A DNA stretch of 64,000 nt from Styela clava (lineage: Eukaryota): positions 14,446,001 through 14,510,000 of the forward strand of contig NC_135258.1 of the NCBI RefSeq assembly GCF_964204865.1, read 5' to 3'. A model generated the notes under the pieces. That model did no database searches, was not told the origin of the DNA, and saw only the letters and a list, made by a program, of their open reading frames with translations. The position numbers were made by a program, and so were the translations under genes. Within the stretch, counting starts at the first letter, position 1. Every line of letters starts with the position of its first letter. Shown piece after piece: positions 13,284 to 27,719 of the stretch.

Positions 13284-16200
13284 ATGTCGAAAGAAGAATC
13301 GCTTGTTCGGTGGTTAAAATTGATTCTCTGTTTTTTGGTTATTACGTTATGGGTGAGTTTGAATTTTTTTATTGGTAGAAATGTACTCATAGTGAACTAT
13401 TACAAATACAAAAATTCCGACATACTTGAATTATGTAGCTCATCCATATTGTAAGCTATATGTCTCTACTGATCACCAATATTGCGGATAGAACCGATAA
13501 TGCATTCAATAATAAATAATGTGTAGGGCTCGTTCACTCTCGCAACCATGTCAAATGAGACACGACAATTGTATAATTAAAAATTGTGTCTCAATTATAT
13601 TAAAAATACAGTGCAATTAAGTTCATCATTAATTATTTGGATTTCCATATTTTGCACCAACCACAAGTGATAAAGTCCCGTAGTACACTATTATCCACTA
13701 TTTGCGAGTATCATTTATCTCATGGTGTCTCATCCATGCCTCACTTATCTTTAAGAGTAAATTATAAACGTGTACTGTAGAACCACTTCATTCGTTACTA
13801 CATTTATAAACTATGACACAGTATATAAACACTCATCACTTAAGTTTTATATGATAAGACATTGTGTTCAAGTTTTACGAATTTTCATTTGGTCGTAGAA
13901 CAACTTATGTAACAAACATCTTCTGCAAACAATAATGTGATATCGCACATCCGAAACAAACTGTCAACTCAAAATTCAATTTTCAAAAATCATCACATTC
14001 CATTTTGTCACAGGTTATAGTTTCTCTGTTTTGAGTTATGTTGTTCATAAACTGATATCGTTTTATACACGTGCCCTGTGATACTCTTCTTACACTTAAT
14101 TAAAGAATCTATCCGAGAACGCCAAAAGTACATAAAATTAAATTTCTAGGATAATACGTAAAACGTCATCATCTTTATAACATACCATCTTATTCATATA
14201 ATTTTGATGAAATTCCCTCATGCTGAAAACGCATAACATTTTACTTAATTAATATTATCTTGGCCACAAGAACTATATTGTTCCGGTTTTTATCATACGC
14301 TGACTTCAACAATTAAATCATTGACAATATTACCATTGTTCTTAATCAAGTTTTGTTGACAACTATACGCTAATACTACAAAGTAGATTTATACAACCGA
14401 CTTGGAGTGTTTGCATAAAATATCACTGCACAATTTTTATCAGCAAAGTGCAAAATGTTCCGTCTTCTTGTTGTTCTAAGTACGAGGTTAATCAAGAACT
14501 AACTAACTCACTGACATGTTCAGCCTTTGCATAGGTAAGTATCGCGAACAAAAAATATCCAAATTTGTCAGGCGTTGCCGAGTATATCAAGCGAAAGTTG
14601 GGGATTACGAAACTACACCCAATTTTCCGATGTTTACTCCTTGACTAATTAGGTTTCTTGTCAACACAATTTGATGGGTTATAATATTTTAAAGCATTAT
14701 AGAATTTACTGTAGCCAAAAAAAAAAACGGCGTCCGATGAGATATACAATCGTCCAACACGAAGAGCAAATCTGTATTGTTTGAATTCCCATACTGTATA
14801 TAGAAATGCATATTTCGGCGGCGAGGTGTTCAGCAATCCTCTCACACATAACCATCCCCGTACGAGATTCGAACCCGCGAACCCACGCAGAGTAATCAGA
14901 GGTCCGAACGCTTAGCACGATGAGCCACACCGCCGCCAATAATATATATTAACTGTCTTTAACATGGAGGAATGTATGAAGGTGTGCATTCATTTCCATC
15001 TTCTAGCTGAATACTTATTGGTAGTGCATCTATAAGCTCTTATCGAATCCTAAGAGGTACTTAAATATTGCATGTTTTTTATTTCTAGATATCGTGCTTG
15101 GGGCTTCTATGTGTGTCGTGTTGGATTCGAGATAACTTAAGCAAAATCACATTAGTAACAGAAGGAACATCGGCCGGGAATTTCTATCTCGTTGGATTCT
15201 TTCCAGTCGTTTTTCCTGTTTTAATATCCGTTTCTTGTCTCCTGCTTGTCATCGGATGTTTAGGATGCTGTGGAGCATTCACTGAAAACAAAGTTATTCT
15301 AGCATGGGTAAGTCTTTATCTACTGGCGAAAATAAAATTAATTCAATAGATTGTGTGTTATTGTTATGTGATATTTGTTCGTATGTGGTGAATATTGACA
15401 ACACTATCATCACATAAGAATACATACCAACATAATATAGGATTATTTTGAATTCATAGTCAGCAAAAATGCAGCGTGTGTATGATGAAAGTAAGAATAA
15501 AATCATGATTAAAAGTAGAGCAAACAAACTGATAATGAAGTTTAATATCTGAATACCAAAATAAAGTATATAAATTAAAAATAGAAGAGTTAGGTGTTTG
15601 CCCACTCACTTATGATAAAGTTGACATAAGTATACGTAGATTACGGTTCAGAAGTGAAAGCAAGTGTCCGGTTAAGAAACTAAAATAATCCAATAGCGTT
15701 GATCATCTTTGACAGTGCGTCTGATCATTAGAACCATGTTGGAAAAAATTTTTCTCTTTTTAATTTCTGACTAAAGTTTGACTGTAGAAAGGTTTAAATA
15801 ACCCAACTACCCTGGTTTAGTCACAAAGTATTTTTAAATTATCATGCTTATCCCGAGAGAAAGGAAATCAGACAAGACGGCTTGACCACATAATAGGAAA
15901 CCCGGGCCACTTTTCCAGTCACCAGTTTATGTTGGGTTGAGAATAATTAACTAGTTAGTAAATTCTGAAGCATGCAAGTGATGGAAGAGAAAGAAACTGT
16001 TACGTGAACCATCCTTACGATGGCGAGTAGTTCGGCAATCCTCTTGCACGTGATTATCACTCGATCCTGCGAATATGCCCTGGGTAAATAAACGTACGAG
16101 TCAGTCGTGTTTCCATTGATTTCCAAGGTGAGCCAGTCGTACAGCCTGCGACGATCAACAAACCGTTGGAATAAATTTTGAAACTATTTTTAGTTCTTTT

Positions 16201-19126
16201 TCTCCGTCTTGGCAAGCATCTGTGTCGAAATAAGTGCTGGGGTATGGGGGATGCTTGACTGGAAGATAACATCAAATGAAAAAGATCTGTCTATACTTCT
16301 CGAAAATGCAAAGAAGTATGGGAATAAAGAACACGCTTGGTTCATCAAAGCTTGGGAGGAAATTCATGAAAAGGTAATTTCTCCCCACAAGAAAATACTA
16401 TATTTATCGATATATGTTTTATTGTCCCTATAAACCCTTGAAATAATTTTATGATATGACTGGTACAAACTCATCTCGAACTTTCCATGCACGAACACTG
16501 ATTTTGTATATTATGAGATATTTAGAAAAAATTGGATTTTACAAATATTTCAGGATTTTCTTTAAGCTGAGTCAAAGCCGATGAAGCTGACATGCGCATT
16601 TTTATTATTGACTTGGCGGCATAAGACATTTTGTATATACAAACCATGCCTATAAAGTTGGATTCATAGCAGGTCGGAAAAACACAATTATTCCGTCGTA
16701 AATATTGGAAAGATCTAGTAAATTTTAATGTTAAAGTTCGCTGAAGACTAGGCAACAATTAGGAAGTCATTCATTCAAACAAATAAAAAAGCTGCTCAAC
16801 GTATATAGACCGAAGGACATTCAGTGATTCTTTGTTTACTTCTTATCATAGCTGTCGCTTATAAGTATTCCAAATTTCAATACAATTAATAGTGTATATT
16901 TGCTTTCACACAAAACCATAAGGGCACGCGGCGGTCCTGTAAATGGCGATCAAATGTTTCGAACGTGGAGTGGTGACCTACAAATTTTCCCAGCGATAAT
17001 TCGTGCACTCGCGGCGCAGGGAAAAATTGTGGGAAAAATCCTAAAAGACGATAATATTATAGATTGTAGAAATTGATCAATGATCAGATTCAAAATGTGG
17101 AACTAAATTATGAAAAATGGTTTGTTAGGTAGACAACTTTTATTTATTTACAATAAACTGATACCTCTTTTTCAGTTCCAATGCTGTGGAATAAAGTCTT
17201 ACCGAGATTGGGAAATTGATCATGAGATACTGAAAACGTGCTGTGAAGGATCCGAAAATTGTATTTATCATTCATCCAGATACGCGGTTTGCGGGAATAT
17301 GTTGTTGGATTATGTGAGATCTCCAAAGCCAGTTCATTCAATGGCTTACCTTGCGACCCTCATTGGAATTATTCAAGTAAGTATACAGTTACGATGGAAC
17401 TTGTTGTCTCGAATCATTCAATGTTAACTGGCATGAAATTGTTATATATACTAATACCTGTAAGTTCGAATGATTGAATTCAAATACGAAAATTGTAAAA
17501 GAATAATAATCGTGATTGAATAATCGCTCTCTCTTATCTATTTTGGCGATACTGCGACTATGAACGAAATCTATTTCATGTTGATTTTGCATGGAAGTCA
17601 ACATCGTAAACGTCGTAGATAGTTTTGATTTACATACTATCATACAAAGTTCATTTGATCATGTATTTTAACGATGCTTGCTCAAGGTTGTCACATTCTT
17701 CCGAACATTAAAATAGATTCAATTACCATCTAAGCTCTAAGGTAACTGTACTGGATAGGATTTACATATTTATCTCGAGGTAGAGGAAAGTCGATAAGAC
17801 GGCTTTGTTGGGGAGAAATGACTTTTCCTCATAACTAATGTGCCAATCAATTTCTATAGGAAATTCAAAATGGTGGGCACCAAATAAATGTATCACCGAG
17901 TAAAATTAGCGTTACATAGATTATATATATCTATATATGTGACATGGTGAAAAATTTGTTGTCCTTTGGTCAATAAATGGCAAGATATCGTTGAAATATG
18001 ATAATAACACATTTGGTAGTTACGTAATCTGACGTTATATTCATGTTACCTCCTTTCTCAATAAACTGCGGTCCCGACTACCACGACATGTGCGAAATAA
18101 CAAGTACCAATGAAAATATGGCTCAGTGGATAAACTTGATCTTCGCGTCCATATATTAGAACATTACTCTCTTGTTTCCAGATTATATGTCTCGTTATCA
18201 CTGCCAAACTGTGGATGGTACTATGCTTTCTTGGTAAATCAAAGTCTTTAGATAATGAACAACTTGGCAAAGTTGAGATTCACGATAAAAATCTGAATAG
18301 TAACGCCAAAATGATGGGAAACAGAAGCGTTTACCAACCGAAATATTCTACAGCGGAGAACTTCACTAACGAAAATCAGTACGTCCCTATGAGAGCAATG
18401 ACGAAACCGACTCACCAGACACAGGACAAACAATACTGCCAACAATGTGCGTTTCTGGCTTTCGAACATTTGCGACAGACGTCAATGTCGGCGTTGGAAG
18501 CTCAGTATTTGGAGGAAAACACGCGCCCACACAGGTCAACGAGTCGGCGGGCTTTAAATCATTCAGGCCAAGAATTTTTTCATCGTTCAACAACATCTGA
18601 TAGATGCCTAGGTATTCAGCAAAATCTGATACCTACCAGTCATGCCGATATCCGAAAAAGTGCCAGTTCGCACACGCCGATTTCTTGGCGATCCCCGAGT
18701 TGGCAAGTGATGCATCCTACCCAAAGAGAATGCCGTAGTACAGGGTTGCCACGAAGAAAAATGTCACCCAACTCGTCGTGGAGGCTTAGGCCACCTAGAA
18801 ATTACACTCAGCGTCTGTCTACAATAAGAGCATCTGGAGTTGCCGCGGAGAGTGACCACCTCACAAATACAAGTTCGGATCACGAAGAACTAGGCGGGAG
18901 TCGTTGCTATAATACAGAAGTTGGTTCGTCAGCTTCAGACTCAGAAAATACTAGAACTCGCAAAACATCCAAACCTTACAGTAGCAGTTACACTTACGAT
19001 CTAGAAAGTGAAACGGCCAATTGCGAACCAGGTAGTACACGAAAATCCCCACAGAATTACAAACAAACAAATTTTCAAATTGCCTCGTCGACTGATACTC
19101 GTAAGGCTTACTATCTGACTTTGTAG
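13284..19126 (+). CDS. TSPAN12: Tetraspanin, TSPAN12-like, with very long C-terminal tail; 5 coding exons
   Basis: Exons 13284-13352, 15089-15307, 16194-16373, 17176-17376, 18182-19126. Four TM segments and FQCCG in the large loop. MSKEESLVRWLKL, VSCWIRDNL, FPVVFPVLISVSCLLLVIG and CVEISAGVW match vertebrate TSPAN12 as recalled (MAREDSVKCL, VSAWMRDYL, FPVVHPVMIAV, CVELACGVW). Confidence 0.85.
14705..14937 (-). mobile_element. tRNA-derived SINE (variant tail) in TSPAN12 intron
   Basis: Head GGCGGTGTGGCTCATCGTG (A box) and GGTTCGAATC (B box) shared with the copies at 27079-27355 and 46856-47170. Confidence 0.75.
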
Positions 19127-20290
19127 CGGTATAGTTAATACCAAATCGGCGAGAAATAAACCCACTGAAGTATGATGGGGGGATTCGAAATTTCTTCTGA
19201 GCGAAATTGATCCCACAAAACCCTTCTTGGATTATCATGATAATCATCAAAACCGTTTCTGTTGTAGACGTTGGACGATCGCAGCAATCGGGTAACAAGC
19301 GCAGAAGCCGGCGACGAGCGTTATATTTGGCACTTTGAAAGATATGTATTAGATATGTTTAAAAAGAATGTTATGCCGTTCTTATATTGTCTCCTTATGT
19401 TACGTTCTTCTATTGTTATACAGCTAGAGGTTCGGCATGGATTCTGAAAAAAGGTAACCTGTTGTTGGGGATTTCGATATAAAAAAGAGCCTGCTTTTAA
19501 ATTTTGAATCCCATTGCTGACAGAGGGTGACGGTTTCAACGCTACCTGAATTCCACGGAAAAAGGCGTCATGGAATTTATCAGTAATAGGGTGCTTGTTT
19601 GTGTTTGGCGTTGTTTTGCATTGTACCTATAGCAAATTTCTAAAATCACATGCGATTTGCCTATTTTTCCATACATAAAAATTACAAACAGCAAATGCTG
19701 GTCTTTTTTTATCAAAAGGTCTATGGTTCAGAATGAAAGGAAACAAACTATGGGATAAGAATTCTGCCACAAGTGATTGTTAATCTTATACAATATTTAT
19801 ATGATATTCATAAACTAGAACAAGCTATATTGCTGAACCATCGAGACCGATACACTGCAGACAGACGATGAATAAAAGTTATTATAACGTTTTTTAATGC
19901 AATATATCCGACTGAAAGAATATATGAACATAATAAAATAGTATAAAAGTAATACATTGATAATAATCTCATACTAGGCAAATGACTGCACAATTCCATA
20001 AGAAAGTATTTCAATTGACATCGCTTGGAAATTCTCATCATTCTCAAGCAAAACGACTACTGGCACCATTCAAGTTCTCTGCCATGCAAGCCCAAAAGCG
20101 ACTTTTCTATAAAAAAAGTAGCAAATAAAGCGTCGTAAGACAATGACAGTTCTCACAAGTGAGAACCTTTTTAAACTAATTTCTCCTCAGCATATAATAC
20201 TCCACCAAAATCAACTTCAACCAAGAAGGATCATTCCAACAATATTTTGCTAGGCATCTTCCATTAGTAAGAATTTCCTATCGCGTCGTA

Positions 20291-21985
20291 TTACTTGCAT
20301 TTGCAACATGGGTACTTGGTGGTACATGTCAGACAGGCTAATGCATCTTCTCTCTCATTGTTCGTATATTCGTGAGAACCTGCAAAACAGCCCCAAAAAT
20401 AGTAGCATAATATTACTGAATCTGAAGCAAATCTCTTGAAGTTTCCTAAATCTCACATAAACGAGTGAGCAATTCAATCTGATGCAACATATATTTAAGG
20501 AAAGGCGCTCCAGAAGTGTGTGTACCAATATAGAGGTAACTAATTTTGTTTACCTACTTTACATCAAGTTGTGTAAAGGGACTGAAATCTATGGGCAGGG
20601 GGTATATTCACTTGGCTAACACAGGCAGTTCCCGAACTCGTAATAGAACTAAAATAAGGAAATCCGAATAAAATTATGGCCTAACCCAAACCTGATACAC
20701 AAACTACGAGTGTACCTAAAGAAAAAAATTACCTTTGACATAGCAGGTCGTGTTTTTCGTCTGTAATTAAGACAATCGGAAGAGAGTTCATAAATTTCCA
20801 TAGCAACACTGTATCTCCAATGCCCTGCTTCATTGTCAATTAAATCCATGATTGCATCTTGCTGTTCGTCACATTTATCCATAACATAATCAAGTAGACT
20901 TGGTGGAGATCTGTCTCTATCATATACTGCTCTGCTCGTCAGTAATTCAAGTATTACCTAAATCGAAGAAATTTTGAATGAGTAAAACTGACGAAACTCC
21001 TCAATTGTTTGGTATGTCACAGCCTGTATCCTGGTTACCAAGATCATGTTAGGCTAGATATGAAAAGCTGTCAATCATTTTGAATACATCTACCGTTTCA
21101 CCAATCATAAGGCACATCTCAAATCCTATTTTTCTTAAAAATTGATTGTGCCCCCTCTAAGTCAGTGCATCTAATGAAGGGATCAGGTGGTGCTTTATGC
21201 TTAATTGTATGCCTCGAAAACCAGTACTGGTACTATTTTTAAATAAACAATGCTATGCTGTAACTGCGAAAATCATAATAAAATAGTAATGCCAATTGTG
21301 TCTTATAAAAAGGACTGTAGAGGTGTATTTTCATGCATTCAGGATGGAAAAAAAATTTCAATAACTACCAAAAAAACGCTTACAAACAAAAAACTTCTGT
21401 GGTAAGTATTTTATTTCTCTGAGACAAGAGTCCAAATTTGTCACAATTCGGATAAAATAAATAGCTCAGAGTGAGAATAAAATCAAACGGTTTTCTGACT
21501 GCATAGCTGTAATCATAAAGACCATCTCATTTTAATTCACAATACAAGTTTTCATCAAGCTGATTTAACATTTCATAAACTTATCTTACAATTCCAAAAC
21601 TGTACACATCCATAGCAGTTGAAACCTCTCCTCGGATAGCTTCAGGAGCCATGTATAATGGAGTTCCTATAGGATTCTTGGTCACGGTTGATGTCGTTTC
21701 AGGTGCAGAAATAACAGATCGAATCAATCCAAAATCACTTATACGAGGCCTTGTTTCAGTATCAAGTAAAATATTTGAGCTAAAAATGGGAAAAAAATTT
21801 TGCGATGCTGTAGTCGGTATTTTATTTTTTCACCATGCTGAAAATATGCAATAAACATACACTAATAAAAATAAATTATATAAATGCATTCAGCGTGAAG
21901 GGAGACTAGAAAAATCAATACTGGTTATCGAGTAGCGTCACCATCAAAAATGTCTAACAGAAAAAATATAAAAAATTAAATCAAA

Positions 21986-22021
<36 letters not shown>

Positions 22022-25000
22022 GATATGTACAGTATATATATGAGTTGAGTAAAAGTATATACTCAGTGGTCGCATGTCTCAACAAGGAAAAACTGACTCA
22101 GAGCACGGACAACGAGGAAACCATGGGAACAACAGCACATAGTATATTAATAAAATTTGTTTTGCTTGCTCATGAATGGCGCAATGTTAAAGTACGACCA
22201 AGTTTTTGCAAGTTAGGAAATTAGCGTTTGATCCCATGTCAGTCAAGTTGCCATTCTATAGACAAAACCACAGAAACAATAACTGGATATGCTACGCTTT
22301 CGTCTTTCCATACAGAAATTTCTTTTTGCCTCGAGTCCTGTTCTGAACACACACAGGAATACATAAAACTGGTTTTACCTTTTAATATCCCTGTGTACTA
22401 ATTTCTTGTTATGCAAATATTCAATTCCAGCAGCACTTCCTTCTGCAATTTGAAGTCTTTGTGCTACAGATAATTGATTCGTTCCCTCCCTACAAAAAAT
22501 AAGTTTATGAAATCGTTTTCCGATGAATAAATCATAACATCTTGTTTTTCACAATTTTTTTTTATAAAACAGCAATATTTCCAATGTATTCTGAAAAATG
22601 GATATAGTTGAAAAGAATATGCCGAGTTACCTCATACTCAAGAATATATATAACCACAATTCACAATTCTCAATCTTTCCTGAACTCACTTTATAGTAAC
22701 ACCAACCAGGCCTGTCGAGTGAAAGACAATTTACAAATGACTCCGTCTCTCTTTTCGAGGTTGAAAAATTTTTAGCTCTAACTTTGTGTTGAAAAATATT
22801 TCAGATCCGAGAAAATTAAATTTTGATAACAAAATCTAGGCGCCTGCAGTTTTCTACTATTAGACTTTTAAAAACGATTGATAAAATTCTTGCTGTTTTT
22901 GTGGGAAGTTTTGACTTATTTTATCACTATTGAAAAGCGTGCGACTCAAACTCCGGGAATTCACCAATTTCAACTTTGACTCTGTAAAGTTCAAAATAGG
23001 ACTCCCGCTCCAACTCCGGACTCAGTGGAAACATGCTGAACCCCGCCTCTGCAGCCTTGGAGCTGATTGCCAAAGTAGTAACTCATAACAAGTGTCAATT
23101 TTCATGCCAAATTGTAACATTTATGAGAGGGTATTTTGAATCGGTGAAACATAAATTGACTTGGAACACTAAGTTGATCTTAGTCAGTAACAAAATATAA
23201 AAAGAATAAAAAAAGTACCTGCAACCTTGCAGATTTGAGCTGAGAGATCCATTGAACATAAAATCATATACTAAACAGAGTTCAGGTCCATCACATGAAT
23301 ATCCAACCAATGGTAAAATATTTTCATGCTCTAATCTAAATAAAAATATCAACACAGTATTGAGTTTTCTTCAGAATAACTCCCTATACAAAGACGTAAT
23401 AAGAACCCTAACAGTAAAAAAGTAAGTAGTAAGAGTGAGACTGAAGGTAAATCAGGACATAATAGTAAATGAGTAAGACGGAAACAAGATTGATTAGAAT
23501 ATAACTTTCGCAAAAATAAAAAACAAAGCAATGAGTGTTGTCAATCTTAATTTATCTGTATATTTAACTTGACAATCAAAAACTAGCGGAGCGTTCAGGA
23601 ATGTAAAACCAGTATGAACCACATTGATTCAAAATAAATTTTAAATAAAAATCTACATTCCCAACCAAGCATCTGCAACAATTTTCAATCTGCTCTATCC
23701 CAGTCCTTTTCAATAACGGTTGGCAACATTTGCTATGTATACATCATCATAATAAATTAATATAGCATACATACTCAGATATTATATGAATCTCCTTTTT
23801 AAATTGTTCAGCAACTGCAACTGCTAGATCTGGAGCATCTAGTTTTAATCTTTTTATGGCTATTTTTCTTGCATCAGATTTGATTGGCTGCAAAACGAAA
23901 ACGAGTATAATATTAATGAGCATGGGGCCTAGTGGTTAAAGCGTTAGGCTTAACTTTGATGGATGACATTGCCGGTCAAAATCTTGGGTTCAACTCCCAT
24001 GCCCAAACATCTGCGTCCAAATTTTTGAGTTTTTCTATTTATAAGTCCAAGTCAAGTTTATTTTTTTTAACCAGTCAAAAAAAATCACAAATTATAAGAA
24101 AAAGCTGATTACACAATTTTACAGGAAAGGGGACTTTCTGGGAACCAAACTGGTCATCGAGCAGCGACACCCAAGGTTCTAATATTTAATTTGAAAAGTA
24201 TATATAAGGCACAATCAAACCTTATGCTTTGGTAAATGCAAATTTCCACTGAATACAGATCCAAAAGCTCCTTCTCCTAATTTACAAGATTCATTGAAGT
24301 TTGATGTTAATTCACTCAAATCAGAATAAGAAAATGAAGGCACTAAATAAAAGATGAATTTACCTTCTATATGAATTATATATACAGGATGTATATAATG
24401 TCATCTTATAATTTCAATTTTACTATGAAGTCAAGTCAGTTTGCAATATATCTTAAACCAGGTTTTATTTTAAATATTGTTTATTCTACAAGTTTTTACT
24501 ACACCTGTAGAGGCCATAAAACTGTATACGATATCGATATACCCTTTGCAACTTGATAAATTTTAAGACTTTATAAACACTTTGAAATACCAGTAAGTGA
24601 AAATATAATAACGATAGCACTGAATTGTATATTGCATATTTGATAGAAACAGGTATATAGCTTTGAAGAAGATGATAAAATAATATCTGAAAATTCATTG
24701 AGTATGCCTGTGGATATCCATTTATTTAAAATAGCAACAATAGCAAATTATTTAGATAAAAATTTCCAGTTGACTCAAAATTGACCTAATTTATTTAATG
24801 CTGATATGATTTCTCTGAATTTAACAATTCAGTCAAACATTCAAGTCATAAGTGAAACTTACCACAAAGAAATTTACAAAGCAGTAACAACGCTATTTGA
24901 AAAAATACTGCATTGGCATATAATATTTTAATGAAAAAAGTTCAATTAAACCAAAGCTTTGATGGCAAACTCACAATTTTTGTCTAAACTTAATTCTTCT

Positions 25001-26464
25001 AATGACAAATGCTCTGAAATATCTGTAGTACAATTTTCAGTAGGTTGTCGAAGTGACATTGAATCATGTTCAATAGGTTCTCGTTTCCCCATACTTTGAG
25101 TAGAGCTAACATGTGAAGCAGTTTGTTGAAACCCTGTAGACTGATGTGTAGGAGCTTTACTTGGTTCTGCGTCTAACCCCATTGTTTCTCGGTACGAAGG
25201 GGGATCAAATCTTCTTTGAGGAAGCGGTTCCGGTGGTAAAACTATATCGGCTAACTTTGGTAAATGCATTTTATGAAATACATTAACAAGATCCTGAAAA
25301 GGAAAAAGGAAATGACAAAATTTTTATTTTCAGTCAGTCAGTCAATACAAATTTTTTTCACAAATCGAAAATACAGAGCGAAAAAAATGAAACTAAAAAA
25401 GCGTCGTTTCAGTGTGAAGGCCGATGCGATAAACCAAAAATTGTTATCAAGCAGCATCACCTATGAGGAAGTCTAACACGAAGGTGAAAAAGCTGAAAAA
25501 TTTAATTCAATGATAAACTTCACAAAGATAAACAAAACAATGAATAAGTCAATAAAATTTGTGTAAATTGTCCATTCCCGTTTCAAACAAATGATTTTAT
25601 TTTGAAGAAGTCAAAACAAAAATTAAAAAAATAAAAATTTGAATAAAGTCATATAATTTTTTATTTTTGAAAATAAAAATGTGAGATAGGCTACATAACG
25701 ATCACCTGTGCAGTGACATTCGAGGTTGCCCAAGCTTGAAGAACAGCTTCAGTTGCACTTTTACCACGTTGTGTAGATAATTCAAAATGCCTTGAAAGAA
25801 AAAAAAAGAATAATACACACATTTATCATTTTCCAAAACGAATTCAAATTTTCAATCTTCTGAAGATTCATTTTGAACAGTACCGGTAATTAAATTATCC
25901 ATACAGAATGATGAACAATGTAATGAAAAGCGATGGCCTAGCGACAGGTTGTTAAACCATTGGTGTTATGGATATTGATTGGATGTTTGGTGTTAAAAAT
26001 TCATCTACTTGATGGCTATGGATAGATGAAAAAAAGACCAGGTTCATTTCTTTACGTATTCAAGTAATATTATTATTGTATTGCTGCTATGTCCATGCTC
26101 TATAATTTTTGCCCAAATCTCAAATAACTTTAATAATAATTTCTCTCGTATAATAACAAATTTTTTCAACTAGTGCCCAATTAGAAAAACAGCCCTCTAA
26201 CATTCAAATTATAAAAAGAATTCATATCATCATTTCCGGCAACACTACTTACTGTATATCATTATTTGTAAATCTGGGATTTGGATTCATTGAGCTGATT
26301 GGTATATTGAGGGCAAGATCTCTCCATGTAGTTGAAGTCCCATCTGGATCAAGCTGCTTTGCAACATTTACCAAAACAGAATACGGTAAATCTCGTATAA
26401 AAGTTGTTGGACCAGCTCTAACTCTGCTGGGCCTAAATCCGCTAGTGTTATTGCTGTGATACAT
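20291..26464 (-). CDS. IRAK4: IRAK4/Pelle-family death-domain Ser/Thr kinase, ~10 coding exons
   Basis: N-terminal death domain (TFIRDLPYSVL..LDP..WRDLA..; GKSATEAVLQAWATSN). Kinase motifs KLGEGAFGSVF, IAIKRL, LCLVYDFM (Tyr gatekeeper typical of IRAKs), VHRDIKSSNILL (RD kinase), ISDFGL, GTPLYMAPEA, DVYSFGIVILELLT. Last exon 20379-20291. Confidence 0.9.
21986..22021. repeat. (CT)n(AT)n compound microsatellite
   Basis: Read directly from the sequence. Confidence 0.9.
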
Positions 26465-26708
26465 ATTTCTATACAATTCACACTTGTTTCACCTTTTCTA
26501 TGCACCGATAAAAAAAACAGTAAATTATTAGAATGAAAAGAATGTTATTAATTGAAAAAAAAAGTTAAGAATGCTTTACAAAGGGAATCAAAATACTAGT
26601 AAACCTTCAAGGAATCAGAGGCTGTAACCAAACATAGACAAGGCAAGGAGATGAGATTCAAATAACATCTGAATATAGACTATTTTTAAATCCAGACACT
26701 TTGCTGTA

Positions 26709-27055
26709 CTTATTAGGCCAGCGACTTAGGATTTAGTTCATTATTTGACGGTATTGAAAAAATAAATATAAATTTTTGCAATTGCAGAAATTTTTCAACA
26801 CACGTGTACATGTAAATCATACATAACATCAATTAATAGCATGTTGTTGTAAGCATTTTAATCATAATGACACCGACACATGACAATCAAGACACAGCTG
26901 TACCTATTAGGCCGTAACCTATGATTCAGTTCATTATTTGACATATTGAAAAAATAAATATAAATTTTGGAAATTGCAGAACGATTCAACATCTGTGTAC
27001 ATGTAAATTATATAAAAAATCAATTATTAGCATGTTGTTGTAAGCATTTTAATCT
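26709..27055. repeat. Tandem duplication, ~195-bp period
   Basis: TATTAGGCC..AGTTCATTATTTGAC..TATTGAAAAAATAAATATAAATTTT..TAGCATGTTGTTGTAAGCATTTTAATC occurs twice. Confidence 0.85.
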
Positions 27056-27078
27056 TATTGACTCATCAAGTGAGCAGC

Positions 27079-27355
27079 TGGCGAACCACGGCCTCTCGTC
27101 CGGTTACCATTCCAAGTCGGGTATGGGATTAGTTTTACTGTATTGTTTGTTTTCGGAAGCATGGACTTGGTGGTGGAGGAAGCCGTAACCGACCAGCGGT
27201 TACGTGAACCACCCAACGACGGCGAGGAGTCCAGCAATCCTCTCGCACATAACCATCCCTGCATGGGATTCGAACCTGCGAACCCACGCAGAGTAATTAG
27301 AGGTGCGGTGGCGAGCGTATTCCTAAAGCTTAGCCCGTTGAGCCACACCGCCGCC
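27079..27355 (-). mobile_element. tRNA-derived SINE in the presumed IRAK4 5' UTR intron
   Basis: A box TGGCTCAACGG, B box GGTTCGAATCC; body colinear with the 46856-47170 copy. Confidence 0.85.
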
Positions 27356-27719
27356 CCTGTGTCTTTGTTTATTACTTTATTGCTTGCATTTTCACTTCTT
27401 CTATGTAGTCTATATGACACAGATTCATGCATTACGGTATTACAATAATTAACATTCACATACTGACATATTCATCCCATGGGAGTGAAAAGTTCAAAAT
27501 AAATTTCTTTTATCACCTGTATCATGCTTTGTATATGAAAACAGAGGAAGACTGTCTGACTGTACAGCTATCAGACTGAACGCAGTCAATACACTGTATC
27601 AATATATAGCGATACTAAAATAAAACGTTATCCTTAAACAAAATGTATACCTATATTCTTGATTTAAACTGATTCTAGGCCATAAAACTATCACAGTAAT
27701 ATCAGAATACTGGAATATA

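Noticed and set aside
27079-27355. tRNA gene and the overlapping 134-aa and 101-aa ORFs
   Set aside because: The A and B boxes belong to a multi-copy SINE with no cloverleaf; the ORFs are incidental to GC-rich repeat DNA.
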